This document shows, piece by piece, positions 58,625 through 64,000 of a DNA stretch of 64,000 nt; within the stretch, counting starts at the first letter, position 1, and each line of letters begins with the position of its first letter. A model generated the notes under the pieces. The model searched no databases, was not told the origin of the DNA, and worked only from the letters and a program-made list of their open reading frames with translations. Source of the stretch: an uncultured Phycisphaerales bacterium. GTDB lineage: Bacteria; Planctomycetota; Phycisphaerae; Tepidisphaerales; Tepidisphaeraceae. The translations under genes and the position numbers were made by a program. Location: the NCBI GenBank assembly GCA_963758525.1, contig CAVWVQ010000003.1, forward strand, positions 3,008,001 through 3,072,000, given 5' to 3'.

Positions 58625-61086
58625 GGAGGGCTTACCAGTAGCTCCCGTTGTTCGATCAGCTCGGCGCTGACCTGGTCGACCGAGGAAGTTGCCTTCGCTT
58701 TGGCCACCGCATCGAGAGCTTGCGGCGGCAGGCGGGAGCCCAGAGCTTCGGAATAAGGGAGGATTTTCAACCGGATCGCGGACCACTGTTCGGCGGGAAT
58801 GCGCCACAGAGCGATGGAAAATGGATCGCCGTTATAAAAATTATCGTCGCAGAGCTTGTCCGCGACATAGAGCCGTGCGGCATCGCCGATGTAGTGGATT
58901 CTCAGAATCTCCCGTCGCCCGGAGGAGGCGGGGAGATTCAATTGATAAACGGCAGCGGCGTTCCAAGTGGCGTCATCCATGCCCTTCAGAGCCGTCGCGG
59001 CCGGTCCTGCGGGTCGTTGCCGGCTGAGGGTGACCGCGCGCTTCTCGGGCTGGTCAAGTCCATCCAGCGCGAAGCGGGTGAAAAGGCCGTCGGCGTGGCC
59101 ATCAAGCTTGGCGTTGCCGACCTTGATGCTGGCAAGGGCTGGGAACAACGCGAGATCAGCATTTTTGGCGTCCATCGCTTGCAAGCGAAGCTGTTTGCCG
59201 TCCGGCATGATCGTCTGGTCAAAGAGCACGGCACGGTCACGCCCCGCAAACGGAAGGCGATAAAACTCCCTGGCCTGCTCCGCGGAGAGGATCACGAAAT
59301 TGACGGACCCGCCATTCGCGGCAGCAACGCTTACGGCACGGTTCAGGCCGGGCGCGATGTGCTGGATGACGATGTGCCCAGGCAGGTTTTCCTTTTGCCC
59401 GGAATCGACGGTAACGGTCGAGGGATCGGCCGCGAGTGAGATTTCCGCCGGAATGCCGTCGAGCGCGGCGAAGAAATACCAGACCGCGTTCCCGTCCTGT
59501 AAACGGCACAATGGCTGGGCCGTGGCGTAATCGAGCTTCACGCCGTCGCAATCGAGGTTTATGGGCCAGATGCCGTAACTGCCGTTGGCGATGGCAATCG
59601 GCTGGCTCGGCACGGTTTGGGTTCCTTCCGCGGTTTTGAGCGCGAATTGGACGGCGGGATGATCCGGCAGAGGGACGGTTGGCTGGCGGTTATTGAAGAA
59701 CAGGAACCCGCTTTGGCCGTCCCAGCGGATGCACCAGCGCAGTGTGTCGAAATCCTCCAAATCCTTTGGACGGGCGTCAGGATATACAGGGACCGCGCGG
59801 GCGAGGGCCGGGCCGAAATCATGGAGAAAAAGATGTTGCTCGCGAAGGAGGTGATACTGCTGGCGCACCTCGCCGCAGGCTCCCAGCGGCGCCTGAAAAT
59901 CATAATCCTTGAACGGCATCGCGTTGGGTTTCTGTTCATTGAGGCTGGAGAGCTTGGCGTCCGGATTGTTGCCGCCCTGAAACATGTAGTATCCCTGCAT
60001 GTTGCATCCCGAGCCAAGTTTGACCAGGGCCATGGCGGCGATGTCGTCGGGGATGATTTTGATCCTGCGGACGTAGCTGGACATCATCCCGCCGCCGATT
60101 TCGCAGCAGGCATAGGGGAATAAGGCAATGGTTTTCGAGCGGTCGACGCGCTTGGTCTGCATTTGAGCGCCCATCTCGCCGTCGCGGCTGTCGGAGAAGA
60201 CAAAACCCTTGCGATAATCTTCCAGCGTGCCGCCCCAGAAGCCGACGGAGTATGCGCCGAAGAGTGGGAGCAGATCCTGCCTGGGAATGTCCACGCCGTT
60301 CCAGCCGGTCATGGTGTAGAAGGGGACGTCCACGCCGTCCTCCTGCGCCATTTTTTTCAGGGCGAAGAGATAGCGCAGGCTGCCGCACTCGTTGTCCATC
60401 TGCACGCCGATGACCGGGCCGCCATCTTTCCAGAGGAGGCCTTTCATTTGCCCGGCGGTCTGCTGATAAAAGGGCGCGACGAGGCGCAAGAACGCAGGAT
60501 CGGCGGTCCGCAATTTGGTACCGGACTTTTGCACCCAATCGGGGAAGCCACCGTTGCGGGCTTCGCCGTGACACCACGGCCCCATGCGGACGATGGCGAG
60601 CAAGCCGACATCGTGGCAGAGTTTCAAAAAATCGCGGAGCGACTTCCGTCCGCTCCAGTCGAAGCGGCCTTGCTCCTCCTCCTGGTGAATCCAGAAGACA
60701 TAAGTGGAAACGACCGTGATGCCGCCCGCCTTCATTTTCAGCAGTTCGTCCCGCCACTCATCGGCGGGATAACGGGTGTGGTGAAACTCGCCGACGACGG
60801 GAATCAACCGCTGGCCGTCCAGAAGCAGCGACCGATTGTCGGCGGCCAGGATGTGTCCCTCCGGACTCTTGTTTGCGCCCTGGCCGAGATTAACCGGCGC
60901 AGCGGCGGGCACCTCCGACGGAAGCTCGATGGTCAACGGCTCGGCGTGCGCTGGCGCCTGCGTGAAGATGAGCAGTACGGCCAGAAGACAGGCGGCGGCT
61001 CTTGCGGAGAGATCGGTCGCCCGATATGTCCGCGACTCGGACTCGAGCAGTTCCGCGATATGTTCTTGCGATTTTGCTATTGTCAT
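58621..61086 (-). CDS. Beta-galactosidase (GH35)
   Basis: GEFHHTRYP, KMKAGG, YVFWIH, GPWCHGE, QMDNE, CEIGGG, YDFQAPLG. Confidence 0.9.
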   Translation of the reverse strand: MTIAKSQEHIAELLESESRTYRATDLSARAAACLLAVLLIFTQAPAHAEPLTIELPSEVPAAAPVNLGQGANKSPEGHILAADNRSLLLDGQRLIPVVGEFHHTRYPADEWRDELLKMKAGGITVVSTYVFWIHQEEEQGRFDWSGRKSLRDFLKLCHDVGLLAIVRMGPWCHGEARNGGFPDWVQKSGTKLRTADPAFLRLVAPFYQQTAGQMKGLLWKDGGPVIGVQMDNECGSLRYLFALKKMAQEDGVDVPFYTMTGWNGVDIPRQDLLPLFGAYSVGFWGGTLEDYRKGFVFSDSRDGEMGAQMQTKRVDRSKTIALFPYACCEIGGGMMSSYVRRIKIIPDDIAAMALVKLGSGCNMQGYYMFQGGNNPDAKLSSLNEQKPNAMPFKDYDFQAPLGACGEVRQQYHLLREQHLFLHDFGPALARAVPVYPDARPKDLEDFDTLRWCIRWDGQSGFLFFNNRQPTVPLPDHPAVQFALKTAEGTQTVPSQPIAIANGSYGIWPINLDCDGVKLDYATAQPLCRLQDGNAVWYFFAALDGIPAEISLAADPSTVTVDSGQKENLPGHIVIQHIAPGLNRAVSVAAANGGSVNFVILSAEQAREFYRLPFAGRDRAVLFDQTIMPDGKQLRLQAMDAKNADLALFPALASIKVGNAKLDGHADGLFTRFALDGLDQPEKRAVTLSRQRPAGPAATALKGMDDATWNAAAVYQLNLPASSGRREILRIHYIGDAARLYVADKLCDDNFYNGDPFSIALWRIPAEQWSAIRLKILPYSEALGSRLPPQALDAVAKAKATSSVDQVSAELIEQRELLVSPP

Positions 61087-61200
61087 CCTGGCACCATTCG
61101 AACCTGCGGCGGCACAAAGCATTCGCTGATCTCCTGCTCCCTCACTCGTCCGGCAGTCGAGCCAGACCTCCTTTACCTGAGGAGGGTATAGGGGACGTTT

Positions 61201-61653
61201 TCACGGATAGACCGGGCGGGCGTCACTTCCATCCGGGCACTTGGGCCGCTCGATGGCTGCGGCCTTTGGATCCGATTCCGATATCCATTTCCCGTCGCCG
61301 GGCCTTTTGACCAAGCCAATGACGATCAAACCAAACGAATGTGGGGCTTCCAGTTGCCTCTTCGCTTCACCGCTGTATTTCTGGAGATATTGCACAAACT
61401 TCTGATTCCGGCCATCGCAGGTGAATACGACGGTGCGCACCGCCTGAGTGCCGTCATGATCGAAGGGAGGCACCTTTTTACTCTCATCGGAAAAGAGGGT
61501 CGCGCCGTCATCGGCGGTATAGAAACTCAACTGTTTTGGTATCGATGGTTCGGAAGTGCGCATGTAACTCCATAGCACGACGAGCGCGACCACGCTGAGC
61601 GATGCCAAGATCGAGACCCCCTGATGCCGGTTCAACCGTTCACGAAGTCCCAT
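61201..61653 (-). CDS. Membrane-anchored hypothetical protein, paralog of 43496-44002
   Basis: FYTADDG, VPPFDHDG, VKRPGDGKWI, CPDGS. Confidence 0.8.
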   Translation of the reverse strand: MGLRERLNRHQGVSILASLSVVALVVLWSYMRTSEPSIPKQLSFYTADDGATLFSDESKKVPPFDHDGTQAVRTVVFTCDGRNQKFVQYLQKYSGEAKRQLEAPHSFGLIVIGLVKRPGDGKWISESDPKAAAIERPKCPDGSDARPVYP

Positions 61654-61658
61654 GGCAA

Positions 61659-62738
61659 TCACCAATACCACATCTCAAAAAATTTCCAGGTTCCCTCGTG
61701 AATGACCGCCGGAAATCCCTTTGGCAGCGGAAGCGATTGCGGATAACCAATGACGGGCACAGATGCCGCCCAGGGAGGCGACGCCCCGCCGGGGTTATCC
61801 ATTCCGGGGTTCAAAAGCGTTACGCCGCTCAGGTCTATCCACTCGCCGTGACCGTCGCTGAACACTTCATTCACTCCGTCCGTCTTGGGATTGCCGTAGG
61901 TGCCGGGGGAGATATGTACGCCATGATTGGCGATAAAGCCGCTCTGGTAATGCCACGCCACCTTGTCCGCAAACAGGGGCATCGGCGGCGAATCGCTGAC
62001 GCGAACGGGCAATACATCACGAACGAAGGACGGCTGGTTATTCGTCTGGTGGGTCGGAGTCTGGAATACCGCGGAGAAGCCGAGGCCATTGCCGCAGTAG
62101 GCGTAGGACGATTCGATCAAATACGGCGAGCGAGTCTGAAGGTTGGCCGGGAAGGTGTAACCGGGGAATGACCCCCCGTACTGAGCGTTCGGCCAGTGCG
62201 ATACGACTGCCGGGCTTCCCAAGGTGGAGATGGACGATAACGCACTGGGGCATACCCACGTCGAGTCGATTGGGGTGCCGTTGGGCGCGCCGGCCGAATT
62301 CAGAACGTCGGCAAAACCAAATGCGGTATACATCTCATCGGTGACGAATTGGGGATTGAGGTGGGGTCCCACCGACAGATCCTCCACACACAACGGGAAA
62401 TGGCCCTTATATTGGTTGGCGTACATGATCGCCAACTGACCCAGCGAGCGAAGGTTGGCGGCACACGCCGTCCTTCTGGCCATTTCCCTGGCCTTGGACA
62501 GTGCTGGCAGCAAGAGGCCAATCAGCACCGCAATGATGGCAATAACGACCAGGAGTTCTACGAGAGTAAAACCGTGCCGGGGCGAGGCACCGAGGCGCAA
62601 AGGCGCCCGCCGCGGCGGGTAAACCGCGGCACGAATGAAGAAGCGTTCGCGTCGGCTCACTGCGGGCAATTCGACAAGCTTAATGGCTCGTGGGCTGAAT
62701 CGCCGCAAGGCCGAAACTCGGGTTCGAACATGGCACAT
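61659..62738 (-). CDS. Prepilin-type N-terminal cleavage/methylation protein with an H..DGH motif
   Basis: [46 protein letters not shown]. Confidence 0.88.
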   Translation of the reverse strand: MCHVRTRVSALRRFSPRAIKLVELPAVSRRERFFIRAAVYPPRRAPLRLGASPRHGFTLVELLVVIAIIAVLIGLLLPALSKAREMARRTACAANLRSLGQLAIMYANQYKGHFPLCVEDLSVGPHLNPQFVTDEMYTAFGFADVLNSAGAPNGTPIDSTWVCPSALSSISTLGSPAVVSHWPNAQYGGSFPGYTFPANLQTRSPYLIESSYAYCGNGLGFSAVFQTPTHQTNNQPSFVRDVLPVRVSDSPPMPLFADKVAWHYQSGFIANHGVHISPGTYGNPKTDGVNEVFSDGHGEWIDLSGVTLLNPGMDNPGGASPPWAASVPVIGYPQSLPLPKGFPAVIHEGTWKFFEMWYW

Positions 62739-62835
62739 TTGTCAGACTCCTGCGTGCGGGCCGAATCGGATCTCATCCACATCCGGTCTCTTCCACCTGT
62801 TTCCGTCCGGGGACTGTGGCCGCACACTCACGGCC

Positions 62836-64000
62836 TCAATTGGCGGCTTTATTGTCGGCGACTGCTGATTCAAAGCTGAAATGGCCGGAGGTTGCCGAAA
62901 AGACGGCCGTTCCACCTTCACTTCGAAGCAGTTGGACCCCTTTTGCCGCGGTGGCGGCCATGCCACTCTCACGCACTGAACCACTGTCCGTCGTCGGAAT
63001 ATAAATCACAGCTGAGGTGTTGGCCGGAATCGTGACGTCGAGATTAAAACGCGAACCCTCGACGCTCCATGACGACTCGATCGGTCCACGCACCGAGTCA
63101 TAGCGGGCCGCTGCATGCTTCAATCCAGCCGGTGGAACCGGCTTGATCCGAATCTCCTCGTAACCGGGCTTCAGCGCCGAGATGCCGGCAACGCTGTCGT
63201 ACAGCCAGGCGAGTATGCCGGCGTACATGTCATGGTTGTGACTGCGGGTCTTTTCATACTTCCAGTCTTCGGCAATCGTGGTAGCGCCCTGATTGATCAT
63301 ATACGTATAACTCGGCGAGGATGTCTGCATGATCATGGTCTGTACAAGATCATTCTCTCCCGCCTCGCCAAGCGCCTGCCAGACCGCGGAGACTCCTATG
63401 TCGCCGGCCGTGATGTGGTCCGCCAATACCGGGCCAAACTCACCGGGGCGGCCGACGCTCGGCGAACCGTTTGCTCGTGGATGCACAATCCCAGCGACCA
63501 GGGCTTGGCGCACACCGGCGATCGAGTTTTCCGGAACAATGTCAAAATACAGGGGCAAAGCTTCATCGGCCTGGTTGATCGGCACATACGCTTGCGCCTC
63601 TACGTCGAAGTGCGCTTTCTGGTACGCGGCCCGCACGCGCTCAAAATCCTGGCGAAATCGTTTCGCGTCATCACTCTTGCCGAGCACCGCCGCGATTTCG
63701 GCCATCAACCGCGTATCGAAAACGTAGACAGCGCCCTCCACATTGGCCACCGAGTTGCCTGCCGGCGCCATCCAGTCGCCCAGTCCGTATTTGATCAATC
63801 CGTCGGATTCCTTGGTTTTAAGGTACGCCATGTACCTCTTCATCGTCTCATATTGGTCCGCAAGAATTTTTGCGTCGCCGTAGGCTTGGTAAAGCGCCCA
63901 AGGCGAGATGATTGCCGATGATCCCCAGCACGGCGCGTCATCGTATTTGTCGCCGGGGGGAGTATGAATGGTGTAGAACCATTGAGGCGCGATGTTAGGA
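62836..64000 (-). CDS. Alpha-L-rhamnosidase (GH78), 5' partial
   Basis: YGLGDW, GATTIAEDW, SHNHDM, GPIESSW; frame runs off the window end. Confidence 0.88.
   Translation of the reverse strand, partial: PNIAPQWFYTIHTPPGDKYDDAPCWGSSAIISPWALYQAYGDAKILADQYETMKRYMAYLKTKESDGLIKYGLGDWMAPAGNSVANVEGAVYVFDTRLMAEIAAVLGKSDDAKRFRQDFERVRAAYQKAHFDVEAQAYVPINQADEALPLYFDIVPENSIAGVRQALVAGIVHPRANGSPSVGRPGEFGPVLADHITAGDIGVSAVWQALGEAGENDLVQTMIMQTSSPSYTYMINQGATTIAEDWKYEKTRSHNHDMYAGILAWLYDSVAGISALKPGYEEIRIKPVPPAGLKHAAARYDSVRGPIESSWSVEGSRFNLDVTIPANTSAVIYIPTTDSGSVRESGMAATAAKGVQLLRSEGGTAVFSATSGHFSFESAVADNKAAN

Overview
GC-rich bacterial chromosomal segment, most likely a planctomycete of class Phycisphaerae (Tepidisphaerales-like). 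This is inferred from the LExRxLLS 'planctomycete extracellular' leaders, the prepilin-type H-X9-DG proteins, a PEP-CTERM protein and the intergenic palindromes. In order, the window holds: two large Ig-repeat surface proteins; a GT39-like transferase; prfA; a porin/cupredoxin/hybrid kinase operon; bamA-skp-lpxD; a serine hydrolase, a phosphotransferase and a PDZ protein; a small mobile-DNA hotspot (25.2-28.3 kb); the ATP-grasp/alpha-E/transglutaminase/Anbu system, interrupted by S53 peptidase and YHYH genes; and a ~25 kb rhamnogalacturonan/pectin-utilisation region (three GH78, GH2, GH35, PL4, a GH63-like hydrolase, ECF sigma/FecR, two prepilin + partner pairs, PEP-CTERM). The most striking observation is a nested structure read directly from the sequence. 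A single 482-bp integron-type gene cassette with a good attC sits inside a resident palindromic attC-like acceptor site, with no integrase in the window. A complete group II intron that does not appear to be class C is inserted exactly in the R' core box (GTTGAA|C). A RAYT remnant lies next to it. About ten genes, including essential bamA and lpxD, carry single frameshifts, which are most likely long-read indel errors.
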